From Psilocybe cubensis (lineage: Eukaryota): 64,000 bases of DNA. The position numbers and the translations under genes were made by a program. This document shows, piece after piece, positions 25,991 to 38,408 of the stretch. Position 1 is the first letter of the stretch; every line of letters begins with the position of its first letter. The notes under the pieces were generated by a model. It was not told the origin of the DNA. It worked only from the letters and a program-made list of their open reading frames with translations, and did not search any database. Location of the stretch: positions 3,720,001 to 3,784,000 of the forward strand of contig CM038999.1 of the NCBI GenBank assembly GCA_017499595.2, read 5' to 3'.

Positions 25991-27883
25991 CTAAAGAATA
26001 GGAGTGCAGACATGATTGAGCAAAGCATTGTCGCGATAAGCTTGTTGAAGTTCACGACGTTCCTGTACTATCTTCTCCTCCGCTGCAAGCCTCGCAGCTT
26101 GCGCCCGACGTTCATCCATCAGCTCCGATCTGTCGTTATCAAAACGCTCAACCCTCTTTCGCAAATCAGCCGCTTCGCGAATGTCATCTTTATAAAGGAC
26201 ATTATCGATGGCGAAGCGCGCCTCCAAAGCATCCGCAAGTTCCTCAAAAGTGCCTATGAATTCCACTTTATGAACCTCGTCCCGAAGCGCTGGTCTAAAG
26301 AGGGAAATAGCCTCGTGTAGATCATCTATATTCCCCCCATTTTTGAACCGGATGAACAAAGACGCTGCCAAGTTGTAAAGAGACCCAACGCGCTCGATGT
26401 GAGGCTCAGGGCGAAGTTGCAATGCGCGTCTATGGAGAGCGATGCATTCTTCCAGCGCATCGAGACCTGTATGTGTATGCTGCATACGCACCAACAGCGC
26501 GTAGCCAAGCTGGTTGAGGAACTCCGACAGTTCGTACGACGACTCGGATTCCACGCGGATCCGGAGTGCTTCTCGCGCTATCACAATGGCCTGTTCGACA
26601 TCCTTCTCCTCGGTAAACCCGTTGTCTTCAAACCGATCAAGCAGCGTGAAAGCAAAGTTTTTGAGCAGGTCGGCCCACTTTGGGTGTACTGGGGACGTGA
26701 GAGTGACAGCCTGCCTGTACAGCACAACCGCCTCCGTGAAATCACATTTTTCTTTGGTCAAGTGGAATCGAATGTCCAGGCACTTAGCCAGCTCCACCAT
26801 CGCAGCAGACCTCCCCGGATGCGACGGCGGTCGCATTGCCACATACAGCCTTTTCAACAAGATAGCTGTATGCAGATAATCCACACCGGCCTTCGGACAT
26901 CCACTCTTGAATAGCAGGCGGAACGCCTCCCCAAGGTTCCTCATCGAGTCTGCGCGGTCCGCGTGGCCTGCAGGCCGCACCTCCACCGCGCGTTTACACA
27001 GCATCATACTGTCCTCGATATCCTTCATCTTCTGTGTTTTCATGAACCGGGTTTGAAGCAGTTCTGCGAGGATGTCGAGCCGGGTGGCTAAATCGACATG
27101 GAGCATCGGCTGCAGATCCAGCGAGCGCCTGTAGCACGCGATACATTCGTCCAGATCGTCCGCGTTCGACGACCCGCGCGGCGGGTGCTGGAATCGGATA
27201 TGCAGCGCGTGGCCGAGCTCGAAGAGGCATTCGGGGAGCGCGTCGTGCGTCAGAGGGAGCAGCTCGACAACAGCCTTGCGGATCGAAACCAGCTGGTCTT
27301 GAAGTTGGTCGTCTTGATCGCTCTTCGTCTTGTATCGCGCGAGAACGGATTGACCTAAGGCACGGAGAAACGCGTGCCATCTGGGATCGGGCGGCACAGA
27401 GGGGGTCACCTCGAGCGCTTGGTTATAGAGCTTCACGCATTCGTTCGCATCGTCTTTCGCTCCGTCCTGCACGTACCGGGCCCCGAGGAACAACGCGAGG
27501 TCATAACACAGCGCAGGCATATCCGGATGGCTCGTCGCAACTGCCAACTCGACAGCTTTCCTACCCAAAAACACAGCTTCGTCGAGATCACTCCGTTTAC
27601 CCGTCGCATTTCCATAACGCCAAAACAGCGCATTCGCCAGGGCACCGAGGGACTTGACACACTGCGGTTGCAGATGCGCAGCCAGTCGGAGGTGATACAC
27701 CGCTTCTTCAACGTCGTTCCTCGCTCTGTCGCCGTCGGCGCCTACAGAGTCTTTGGCGCGCGCCAAAAGGCCGTTCGCAAGAATATCAAGCGCCTCGGCC
27801 CGCTCACCCTCGCTCAACGACGGGTTCGCGAGCGTTTTCCTGGCCTGTGATATACTAGTATCATGGTCTTCCATGTTGTTCAT
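25991..27883 (-). CDS. TPR-like repeat protein with no CHAT domain (paralog B), intronless
   Basis: Uninterrupted ORF of about 630 aa, collinear with 45559..47478 (ERAEALDILA/ERAEALDMLA; LNQLGYALLV/FNQLGHALLV; HRRALQLRPEPHIERV/HRRALQLRPHPHIERV). First in-frame ATG at 27883; the frame stays open upstream past 27958. Confidence 0.85.
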   Translation of the reverse strand: MNNMEDHDTSISQARKTLANPSLSEGERAEALDILANGLLARAKDSVGADGDRARNDVEEAVYHLRLAAHLQPQCVKSLGALANALFWRYGNATGKRSDLDEAVFLGRKAVELAVATSHPDMPALCYDLALFLGARYVQDGAKDDANECVKLYNQALEVTPSVPPDPRWHAFLRALGQSVLARYKTKSDQDDQLQDQLVSIRKAVVELLPLTHDALPECLFELGHALHIRFQHPPRGSSNADDLDECIACYRRSLDLQPMLHVDLATRLDILAELLQTRFMKTQKMKDIEDSMMLCKRAVEVRPAGHADRADSMRNLGEAFRLLFKSGCPKAGVDYLHTAILLKRLYVAMRPPSHPGRSAAMVELAKCLDIRFHLTKEKCDFTEAVVLYRQAVTLTSPVHPKWADLLKNFAFTLLDRFEDNGFTEEKDVEQAIVIAREALRIRVESESSYELSEFLNQLGYALLVRMQHTHTGLDALEECIALHRRALQLRPEPHIERVGSLYNLAASLFIRFKNGGNIDDLHEAISLFRPALRDEVHKVEFIGTFEELADALEARFAIDNVLYKDDIREAADLRKRVERFDNDRSELMDERRAQAARLAAEEKIVQERRELQQAYRDNALLNHVCTPIL

Positions 27884-28113
27884 ATCCGAGTCGTCGTTGT
27901 CCGGCACGTAGGTGTAGTAAAGACGAGCAAGGCTATCAGCTGCACCTCGATTCGAGATGGGTTTTACAAGAGAGAAGTACTGTAGCCAACAGTGCTGTGA
28001 GGTTCAAATAGCGAGGAGAACCACACTGCTAGGGTGGTAGCCTGGCAGCCTGCAGGCGTGTTCGGGCGCAATTAGACCCAACACATGGAAATGGAATGGC
28101 CTTTAAATTCACC

Positions 28114-28710
28114 GGTAAATCGACGAGGCTTAGACAGCAGGGAACTTGAAGGACGGAGGAAAATCTCAAGAGGCAAGAGAGCAGGCGCAAAACACGCGCC
28201 GACGGACAGTCATCCAAGAACAAGAACAAGGAATCGTAGATAGAGATTCAATATTCAGCAGCAGCACAAGGGAGTGCAGAGACCAGCGAAAACGTTTCCA
28301 GTTTCCAGTTCCCAGTTCCCATTTCCCAATATCGGACAATCTACGCAGGCCCATCGCAGTTATCCACAGATGGAGTCCCATAGGCCTTATTAGTTAGTTA
28401 ATAACCAGCAGTCAGTGAAGAACGAAGTAGTGATCAAGATCATCTGAAAAAAGCCGCGTGGTAAACCCAATGACGAGCCTTAGTACTAGTGGAGCCGCCA
28501 AAAGCACGCGCTGACGGACAGTCTAGTCATCATCCATCTTGAGAAAGAGTAAAAAAAGCAGTCCACATTTTTTTGTTTTTGTTTTTTTCATTTTTGCAAC
28601 TTCCCCTCGCGTTGGCTGGCTGTGGAGCGCTGCACAAGGATGGGACGGGAGTTATGTCTGAGTCCAGACAGAAACAGCAGCACATGAGATATACCAGCAA
28701 GAACGCTTCC

Positions 28711-28741
<31 letters not shown>

Positions 28742-28770
28742 CTCCAGTTTCCAGTTCCCAACAGACCGTC
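28114..28770. repeat. Degenerate tandem duplication with (CCAGTTT)n heptamer tracts
   Basis: Matched blocks CACGCGC(C/T)GACGGACAGTC at 28193/28505 and ACCAGC..AACG.TTCCAGTTTCCAGTT at 28282/28693. Confidence 0.6.
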
Positions 28771-29409
28771 GACATATCTAAATCGACATCGACATCTAAA
28801 TCGACATCGACGTGTTGCAAACGCGAGCACGAGTGAAGTCAGTGCAATGGTGGTGGTGGTAACAAAGTCTTTCGACTCATAAATTCGCGTGGGATGCATG
28901 AATCAGCCTGAGGATACATACATCACAGGTCCAGAGTCTAGAGTCTAGACTCTAGCCTTTCTTTTCTTTTCTTTCGCACTACATATAGTAGTACAAGTCC
29001 AAACTGAACCTGTATAACACACTGCACTGCACTGCACTAAACAGCACTGCACGAACAAAACCACTACAAAACCACAGAAAATTCAAAACACACAAATGTT
29101 TATATGTATAAGCCACACGGCGAGTATATTCAATCCAATCCAAAAGTCCAAGACGTAGACGACAGATCTCCACCTCCCTCTCCCTCTATGTCATCTATCT
29201 AGACTAGATATCTATCTAGATGTATATAATATGTAGGTATATGCGCATTTTATCAATGTTTTTTGTATGTATATGATGGGTCGAAAAGTCGATGCCCGGG
29301 GATAGGGATATATCACAAGCACAAGCACGAACACAAGCACAATCAATCAACCAAGGCAAGACACATAAGAGCGGAAAAAAAAAAGGGACGAAACAACAAA
29401 AAAAAAAAT

Positions 29410-31203
29410 CTACCAAAGCCTCGTCTCAAGCAACAAATCCGCATTCGTCTCCAGCCCAATACAAGCCTTCAAAAAGCTCTCCAGCGCATTCCTCTGCCTG
29501 TTCAAGCTATTAACGACTTCCGTGCCCGGCTTGACGAGCGGTGCCTTGAGCATGTACGAGAGCAGGGAGAGGACGGAGTATAAGGGGGCGAAGTCTTGGG
29601 TTTCGCCGACTTTGCGGTATTGCACGCGCGTGAGGAGTTCAGCGAGGATGGCGAGGTCGAGGATGAGTGGTGTTGCAAGGAGCGAGTCCTACAAAGCAAA
29701 AAAAAGATTGAGAACAAAGCCAATAAGAAAAAAAAAAGAGAGAGAGAAACGCACCTCGCACTCGTTGAAGATATTAATTGTCGAACGACCACCACAGAAA
29801 ATCTCCGAGTAATACTCATCGATCGCGCGCTTCGAGTCGCCCACAGCGGGGACATACTTAATAACAACAATATGATCCGGATGCTCTCCCTTCTTCTTCG
29901 AGCCCTCCTCGGGCGCCTTATACAACAACCTATTCGCATCGACCATATCATCCACCACACTGCTCTTACTAATCTCCTTGCTCTTGAACTGGCGCTCCGC
30001 AGACAAATTGTGCCCGTCGTTGTTCCCGAGATGGTTGTACGATGCAATGGAGAGAGGCTTGATCCCTGCGTTCACGAGGAACTCGGCGAGGACGGATTTG
30101 AGCTTCGTTTGCCCCGACTTGAGGTCGTCTCCGCCAATGAACGACTTGACGCTCTCCGCGAGCTCAATTACACCCGGCACGAACGTGTTCTGCGGCGCAC
30201 CGTTGATAAAGGGCTCGCCCTCGAGGATAGCAGCCACCGCAAACAAGGTCGACGGGGACACCTCAGCGTGCGAGCTCTTGATCGCAGCGAGGAGGTTCTC
30301 CTTGGTGTCGTTGACCCCAGGAATGATGTCGCTGTATCGCTCGGTGTTGGCGGTCCAGAACACGACGACGCGGTCGAGCGCGTTGTCCTGCTTGAACTTG
30401 CGGATGTCCGCGCGGATGTGCTCGAGGTGCGCCTGCTTGTCGTCGCCCGGGATAAGGTTATCCGCACGCGCCTCCTGGTTCGCAGCGATAAAGTCCGGGT
30501 AGTAGATGGACGGCAAGGGACGACCAAGCGCAGCCATATGCGGCTTGACCTGGCGCTGGAGATCGTAGTCGAGGACTTTCGCGCGCTCCATGGCAGCGTC
30601 GAGGGGGACGCCGGAGATATCCCAGCCGCCGAGGACGAGGTCGTTGGGGTGGACCATGGGCAGGACGTCGGAGATGGGGACGTGGACGTCGCGGCCTGTG
30701 GCGGGGTCAGCGCCGATGCGCACGGTGGAGGCGCGCAGGACGGAGCCGATGTAGTTGGGCTGCTGGATGCCCTCCTTGGTGTGCCAGACGATGTTGTGCC
30801 TGTTCGCGAGGATGGTCGCGCAGAGCGTGGTGCCGTTGTTGCCTCCAACACCGATCATCATGAGACTGGATAAAATAAAGAAAAAGAATTAGAATGGACA
30901 TGGACATGGATGAGACAACGCGAAAACAAAGACGGACCCAGTCTTGGAGACGGCGCGTTTGGTCTGGAACTCGTACTCCTGGACGGTGGGCTTGATGTTG
31001 TACTGGCCGTCGACGACGGTGACCTCTGAGCCGCGGTTGACGAACTTGGAGGTGATGTGCTCGTCGGTGTACTGGGTGTTCTCAGACTGGACGGTGATAG
31101 CATGGGGGCGACGAGCAGCGGTGGGGTGAACAGGGAGGACCGACTCGAGCTCGGACTCGGGGGTGTTGTACCCAGAGGTTCCGTTGGACAAGATAGGTGC
31201 CAT
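29410..31203 (-). CDS. INO1: myo-inositol-1-phosphate synthase (exons 31203-30938, 30865-29755, 29688-29410)
   Basis: Diagnostic motifs [58 protein letters not shown] and [14 protein letters not shown]. Two GT-AG introns join the frames. Confidence 0.97.
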
Positions 31204-31433
31204 TGTAAAAGAGTAGATTTATAAAAGAGCAAGGGGTAGGTGAAATCAGAAGGATATCAAAAAACCGGCGCAGGAGTGTTTAGAGCCTCTATGCGTGTTG
31301 TGGGAGCTGCAAAGGTTGTTCGAGTACATGCAAAGACTTGCAAGTAATCCGAAGGGGTTTGTGGGTCGAGTGCGACGACGACGAGGAGAAGAAGAGAAGG
31401 ATGCTGGAGACGACTGGGCAAAGAGCGGGCGAC

Positions 31434-31498
31434 TTTATAGGCTGGCCGTCCTTGGCTTGATTGGTGAAAAATTGCAGGGCAAGCAGCGTCAACGCGTC
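31434..31498 (-). promoter_or_regulatory. Putative INO1 core promoter: TATAAA, CCAAT and an ACGCGT-containing motif
   Basis: Minus-strand TATAAA at 31439-31434 followed by a CT-rich tract, CCAAT at 31464-31460, and GACGCGTTGACGC at 31498-31486; all 230-300 nt upstream of the ATG. Confidence 0.45.
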
Positions 31499-34400
31499 TT
31501 ATGTCACACTTTTCTTTTTTTCCAATTCCACAAATCGTACGATCGACTGATCAGATCTAGGGGCTCAGGGTCCCCAAAAGATTACTTTTTTTCCTTCTCT
31601 CGCCTCTCCCTTCTCTTCTCATTCTCACATCCTCTCAGCTCTCATGTTTCGCGCGATAACATAACCAGTCCATCCCCAATTCACCAGCAACAGCTCTCTT
31701 TGCCCAGAACCCACAAATTCAAATTACAATATCACGTGTCTTCCCGCCAGCCGCACCAGTCGGCACGCAGCCTGGAATGATGACTCAGCGGCATCATCCC
31801 CACGCCGACTTTGCATTTCGTCCGCCTTCACAGCCTGCGCTGCGCCGCCCAATCCTCGACCCACAGCGGATTCAACTCGCGACTATTCCCATCGTAACAT
31901 ACCTGAAGCCATGGAGTTATCCTCTCCAAAAGGGCCAAGTTTTTTTCCCATTTTCTTTTTCTTGTTCTTAACTTCTGATGCACGAGGAGAGAAGAGACAT
32001 GAGGCTGGAGATGCGAGGGTTGCTGGGGTTGCATTCTTGCATCGCGCAGCGGTGCTCCGGCGCGATAGTGCGAATTGCGCGCGAAACACCATCAGCGATA
32101 TCGCGGGTTTTCAACACTAACTATGCGATGATGGTGCGTCTAATCAATACCTTGGTTTCCGAGTCTTGCCTTTGTTCGTGCAAGTCTGCCAGTGGTGTAC
32201 GTATCATCGCATCCCATATGTCTATTTTTTGTGCGCTATCAATGAGTATCATCCATTCAATGATAAATCTGTTTTGGCCAACGACGACATCATCGCATCT
32301 GCCCCTCGTCCAGCCTCCAGCGTCCTTGCCCCGCGCACCATCCATCCATCCATCTTCTGTACTCTTCCCTCCACAGACCAGCCCTTGATTAAGATTACGC
32401 GTCTAAAAATGCCCGCACAATCAAATCAAATCAAATTATATCAACCCCGAAAGCAAAAGCGAATAAACCCCGTTCTCTCCTTCTGAATCTCTCAGCACTA
32501 CCCTACCCGCGCGTTATCTATATATTTATCTGTTTATCTATATATCTATTCACTTCTTCTATTTTACATTAAACACGAACACGAACAAGAACAAGAACAA
32601 GAACACGACCTAGAACTTCCACTTCCAACTTAGAACGGGGTTTAATATCAGTTCTACCCTGGATAGTATGTACTTCTAAATTCTAATTAATAGGTGATAT
32701 GATTATGGGGGAGGGGGGGTATACATTCACCCCCGTATAATTCCTTTTCTGGGTATTTCGTTTCCACAGGGTACCTCGAGGTAAGTAATGCTGGCGTGTG
32801 GATTTTCAATTTTCAATTTTCAGAAGAAGACGAAGACGAAGACGAAGCAGAAGACGGTGAAGGTCATATGCACGAAGGGAAGAAAAACAAAACAAAAACA
32901 AAAGGAAGAAGAAGATAACGAATACTTCTAACGATACTGATATCCCGTGTGGGCTGGGCTCGATCACTCCATTATCACTTGAACAGGAGGTCCAGAACTA
33001 GAATAGTAGAATAGGAGAATAGGAGAACCGATTTTTAACATTTCGATTTTCGGCCGTATATGCGCGCTCCCGCGCCCGAGTGGCAAGTCATGATCAGTGA
33101 CACCCCAACCCCAACCCCCGGAATGTCCGCGTCAATTCCAATCCTCCCTAAGCCCCAACCCCCACATCATAATTATCATAATTATCATACCGTATCATAC
33201 GGATACCAATCTAAAATTTAGTTTATAGCTCGGTACGTCGGTACGTCGGGATATCGGTACGTCGGGCCTATATCTTCCTCCTCATTATCATCATTGTCAA
33301 TAATCAATCAACGCTCAACGTTCAACATTCAATGTTCAACGTTCAATCAACCATCATCATCTTTTTTTCAAAAATTCGACGATAAATATTGTTACTACTT
33401 ACTTGAAGGTTGAAGCTTGACGTTGATCAACCCAGATGCATCTTTTCTTTCATTGAACCGCTCGCACATTGACAATTTACAATGCAAATGGATTATGGCA
33501 CGGACTCTAAGCTCAGGTTAACTTGATCAGCGGTATTTCAAGTTCTATTTCTTCGTTACTTTGAAGTACGTACGAGTTTTACTCGGTGCGAGCTCGGACG
33601 CTGGCGGGAAGGTTGGCTCGTGGCTCATGGCTCTGGTTCGTGGCTGTTGAAATTGACAATTCTGAATTTCTGATCCACGATCATGATCATGATCAGGAAG
33701 GATCAGAATTAGAATTAGAATCAGTCAGGATTTACTGGGGTGCAAATAAGATGACAGAAAGTCGATGTACATGCTCTCGATTCTCGAATAGTAATACTAA
33801 AAAAGTAACATCTATGACGCAATTCTAGTACATTGACAATGCGCAATGCGCCGTGAGATCTGAATTGAATTGAATTAAATCGAATCGGATAAAATAGAAT
33901 AAAATAGAATTTCCAACATGATCTACAGTATAGTATAGTACACGAACTCTAAAAGGTTCTGATCATGATTATTGATTATTGATAGTGTGAAACTTTGAGA
34001 TGAGATAGAATTTCACTCACTCACTCATACACTTCATCTCCGCCTTCGCGCGTCATCCCCTACCCAGCCCTCCCCTTTCTAGCCTGAGTCCATTTGCAAG
34101 TGTCCTTTCCCAGGTTCTAGGACCCAGTTCCTCGCGATTGCATGCTGCTAATGCTTTGACTTGCTGCTTGTATAGAATTGTATGTATTACATTTATAGCA
34201 TGTGTGTGGGGTGTGCAGTGTCGAAGACTCGAAGATTCGAAGATTCGAAGCTTCATCCCCGCGTTTATTTACAGTACAATACAGCCCTTTCATTGTCAAA
34301 AATTCACACTACCATCACTACTACTACTACTACTAGTAGTAGTAGTTGTTGTTGTTGTGCTCTCACTCTTGAGTCTCCATTATCAAAATCAAGCCTCTCA

Positions 34401-37400
34401 ACATCCTGATTCCTCTTGGATCCCTCACGACTCAGGAGTCCCTACATCCCAGCACTGCGCAATGATCAAATGGCGTCCGCCCTCCGCATACCGCATACCG
34501 CATACTTTAAAAATAATACAAATTCCAGACCCTGAATTCAATATCCCTGAATTTCGAATACATGGGGGGGCGGTGACGCCTCGCTTAAATCCAAGTTCCC
34601 TTCAGGCAGGCCTTTTCAGGTCCTTTCAAACCCTTTCAGGAGCTTTCAGGTCGCAGCGCGGCTTCTTCACCTTCCTTCTTCGGGGTGATGACCCCATAGA
34701 TCGCCACCCTCGGTCCAAACGGAGCAATCCAACCCAAAAATCTACAATAACAGGTAACAGGGCAACACGCTACATGATGATTTGCTTAAAGTTATTAGCC
34801 CCTTTTACGCGTAAGCGCGTCAACGCGTCAATCTGCGTCAATGCCTCGCGTAGGCTAAGAATTTTAAGGCCAAGGATAAGCGTACAACAACCGGAATCTC
34901 TGATTCCATGATACACTACAAGTATGTAAAGTATCGATAATCCGCCTGTGTATATGCGTACAATCGTACCTGATCTGGCAAGGGTTAGTGACATACAAAG
35001 CGCTCGTCCTATGATCCCCCATTGACACTGGGACAGCGGGGGTTGTTTAGTACACACTACTAACACAGAGTCACTGGTGTGCAGGGCAAGTCAACGTGGG
35101 CCGGCAGACTGCCAACTCCGTGATGGCAATAGATTCCAACACCCAAAAGCTCAAGTTCTCAAGACTCAAGAACGGTCAAGAGCAGCACCCCCGCCTCGCT
35201 GCGACTCGACTCAATAGCAATTATCAACGCACGGACGCGGCTACGGAAGAACCCCGGAAATTTCTTTATTTAAAATAAAACACACGTACCCACGCACACG
35301 GCACAGCACAACACGCCTTTCTTTCTTTAACTTGCTTACGCTTACGCTTACATACCTTGCTTCATTTCTCCAAGGATAATATCAATACCAAATACCATTG
35401 TAGCGAACGCCCGGGCGTGTCTGATTCGCGTTGTCTGCGCCATGTGAAGGTGCCGTTGCCGTATGCCGTACGCCGTACACCATATATACGCCGTAATCCA
35501 TCTATCCACTCGGGCGAGGAGAAGAACACCACTGCGAAAAAAGAAAAAAAAATTAATACAACCTTGCATAACGTCCCATATTCAATATCGCAGCGATCCC
35601 TCTCACTCCACGTCAGCGTGTGTAAAGGACTCAAGACCTCGAGAGCGAGCGACGAGCGAGCATGGAATGTGATACCCACACTTAGTATCAATAGATTAGC
35701 CTAGCACTGCAGTGACACTGCATGTTGTGCTTGTCAATGCCATTGATTGCACGGTAGAAAATTCCTTGTAGATCACTTGTGTTTGTGGGCCGTGGCCGGC
35801 CCGCGAGGGGGGACTATTATTACAAGACGCGACTTGCACAATGCAGTGTGCACTTCACAAGTTGAAATTCGGATAGAAGAACTTCGATTGGTGACGAATG
35901 TGTCTAGAAAGAAACCCAGTGGTTTGGCCAGTGAGAGTGAGGCGAGAAAGCAGCAGCAGCGAAGGAGAAGAAGACGAATGTATCTTTGCTATCTCCCCCC
36001 AAAACAATGCACCCGTCGACTCACGAGTTGCAAGACATTGACCAATTTCAAATTTCAGAAAAAACGAGGCGCAGTCCTCATAGATTTTCCAGTGCTTTTC
36101 ACTTGAGCTCGAGCTTCTGGACTGGGTTGCGTGAAGTTCACAGAAGACTTCACTAAGATCCAAAACACTTGCTGAAGACGATACCACGATAGTAGGCCGA
36201 GAACCCCAACCCGCCCACGATGTCTACCAGCCAGAATTCGGAAACAACTTCAAGCGGATAACTTTTCCTAAACCCGAGTGTGTACAAACCGCTTCTTTCT
36301 GAGCCGTAGTCGCTCTACGCGCAGGGAGACCGCCAATAGCAAAGAGTTAACGCGGAGAATTATGCCTCCCTCGTCAGCAGGATTGGCATGTGTGCTGCGT
36401 ATGACAAAAAGCAACCAGACAGGTAACGTCATTTACTGCCTTTCCTTCTCCCGTGGACACGGCAAAGGGAGATCTTTTATTTTTGTGCGGTCTGGCACAG
36501 ACTGTCAAAAGAAACCGTGGGTGAATCAGCGGGGAAAGGGAGGTGTTGGGAGACTCTCATGAGATATTCAATGCACGATGCATGGCTTTGCTCTGGAAAA
36601 TGGTTGTAGAGCGAAGACCCATAATTCTTCATGGGTATACCCCGAGTATTTGGTCGGTCCTCAAACTGGCTGTGTGACGGAATGTATAGTTTTTTGTCGT
36701 TATCATTAACGTGAATTGATATTGAACAATAGGCGTTGAACTTGCCTTATCGCGTTCCGATGACAGCGATGAGCGTGAGGTAACGAAAGTGCTGCACATT
36801 GCTTGAGCAGCAACGAAAATATCAGGGCAGAGAGAGCTAAGGAGGCTGGCTTACAGGTTAGAATCTGCTGAAGGGTCCCTTCACGATATAACACTACTTT
36901 GTCGTCGGGAGACCCCGTAGCGAACACAACTATGCCGTCAAGCAATACAACAACAGCGCTGGCCGCTCCCTCATTCAGGTTCAGCCGCCTTGAGTGCAAC
37001 GTCAATTGAGCGCAAACGCTAGGGCCGACGGCGAGCTCCTGACTCAAATATCAGCTCTAATCATGATTCACCTCCTAGACCGAAAGGAGCCTCTCGTCAA
37101 TATCGTTAGTGTCTCAACAGCAAACTTCCCTCGCAATGTGATCCCTAGAAAAAGGCAGCCATCACCAGATGGTCATCCAATGCACCGACACTTTGGCCTG
37201 TAAACAGCCAGCCAGATACGAAGGTTCGGCATGTCGATAGAACAATGAGCTTTCGAAAAAAAAATGGGGAGCATGTACTTGAACATGAGAAAGAAAGGTC
37301 GATTGGAGTGCCCCATCATTTTCGGTCGTTCCATCGGACCCTTTAAAATTACACGTGGTCCGTGTGTAACAATTCGCAATTCGGTAATCGGTTCGGTGGC

Positions 37401-38408
37401 ATTTGCTGGAGTGCAACAACTGTACTCCTCTTCCGTCAACTCATTTTGGTCCTTCCCTTGATTCCAGTCAATAGAAACGACGCATATAACCACTTTTCTG
37501 ATACTTGATAGCGATCCTACACGGCATCCGTCCGGTCATCACCGTATGTCGGCGTTATTTGGTACGAAATGAAGACAGCGCCCTCAGTCGCGAAATTACT
37601 CAGTGTGTGTGCTTTTCCTTCTTTGCATCGGTAGTAAATCAGAACTATATTCAAACTTACATGACTCTGATTTAGGGCATCTCGAATGATATGTAAAGTT
37701 TGATACGTGTGCCGAGTGAACTGCGTCCCATGGTCAGATCACCCCTATTCTTGCCAATCCTACAATGAAGGCTGCCGTTTGATGTTTGCAAGCAACGTGT
37801 CTAGCAAAATAAATCAGATATTGTAAGTTATTTCTATTATAATGCACTGTGTTCCTTTAATTTATAGTCTATTCAATCAGACTGAGAGAACCCTTCGGTT
37901 TGACTGTGGCTAAATGTACGGATCATCATCGGTTTATGAAAGGACGAAGGTTACAATAAGGCCTTCCATGATGCTTTTCAGGACCGCCGAGTTCAATTCA
38001 ACGGTTTGCACAAAATCCTTATTGACAAAACGAAAATACAACCTCATACCTTGCGGACCGCCAACATCCCGTCGGTTCACGTGGACCGCCTCACGAAAGT
38101 CGGACTGCTCAGGCTCAATCAACAGAAGTTATGTTAAAGTTGTACAAGCCATGATATAACGCGCTTGCATTGCTTGAAACTGCTACGGCTGCTTTTCGCA
38201 TGTTTATCCGCTACTCTACTCGACGTCGAGCTCGGATGAAATCCGGTGCTGCAATTTGGAGCTGGCTGCTTTCCGCCAACGACGACGTGAACACATGACG
38301 GTACTAATGTCAGAACCACCAAGTACCCAGAGGAGGTTCATTCTTGTTCAATTTATAAGGTCGACATGGACTGGAGATCTGAACTTTCAACCCTGTGTTA
38401 TTCTCAAA

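Noticed and set aside
25991-26010. C-terminal CaaX prenylation signal in TPR paralogs B and C
   Set aside because: Cys is at -5 (CTPIL) and -6 (CDPPLL), not -4.
20500-28000. Gasdermin, HeLo/HET effector, NACHT/NB-ARC or amyloid motif next to the CHAT gene
   Set aside because: None recognisable in the window; no Walker A motif in any TPR protein, so these are not called NLRs.
29596-30873. 425-aa plus-strand ORF antisense to INO1
   Set aside because: Typical shadow ORF from GC3-rich codon bias on the opposite strand; no domain features.
34138-34911. 257-aa ORF with a poly-L/poly-V pseudo-transmembrane segment
   Set aside because: The hydrophobic run comes from (CTA)n/(GTA)n/(GTT)n microsatellites; no coding signal elsewhere.
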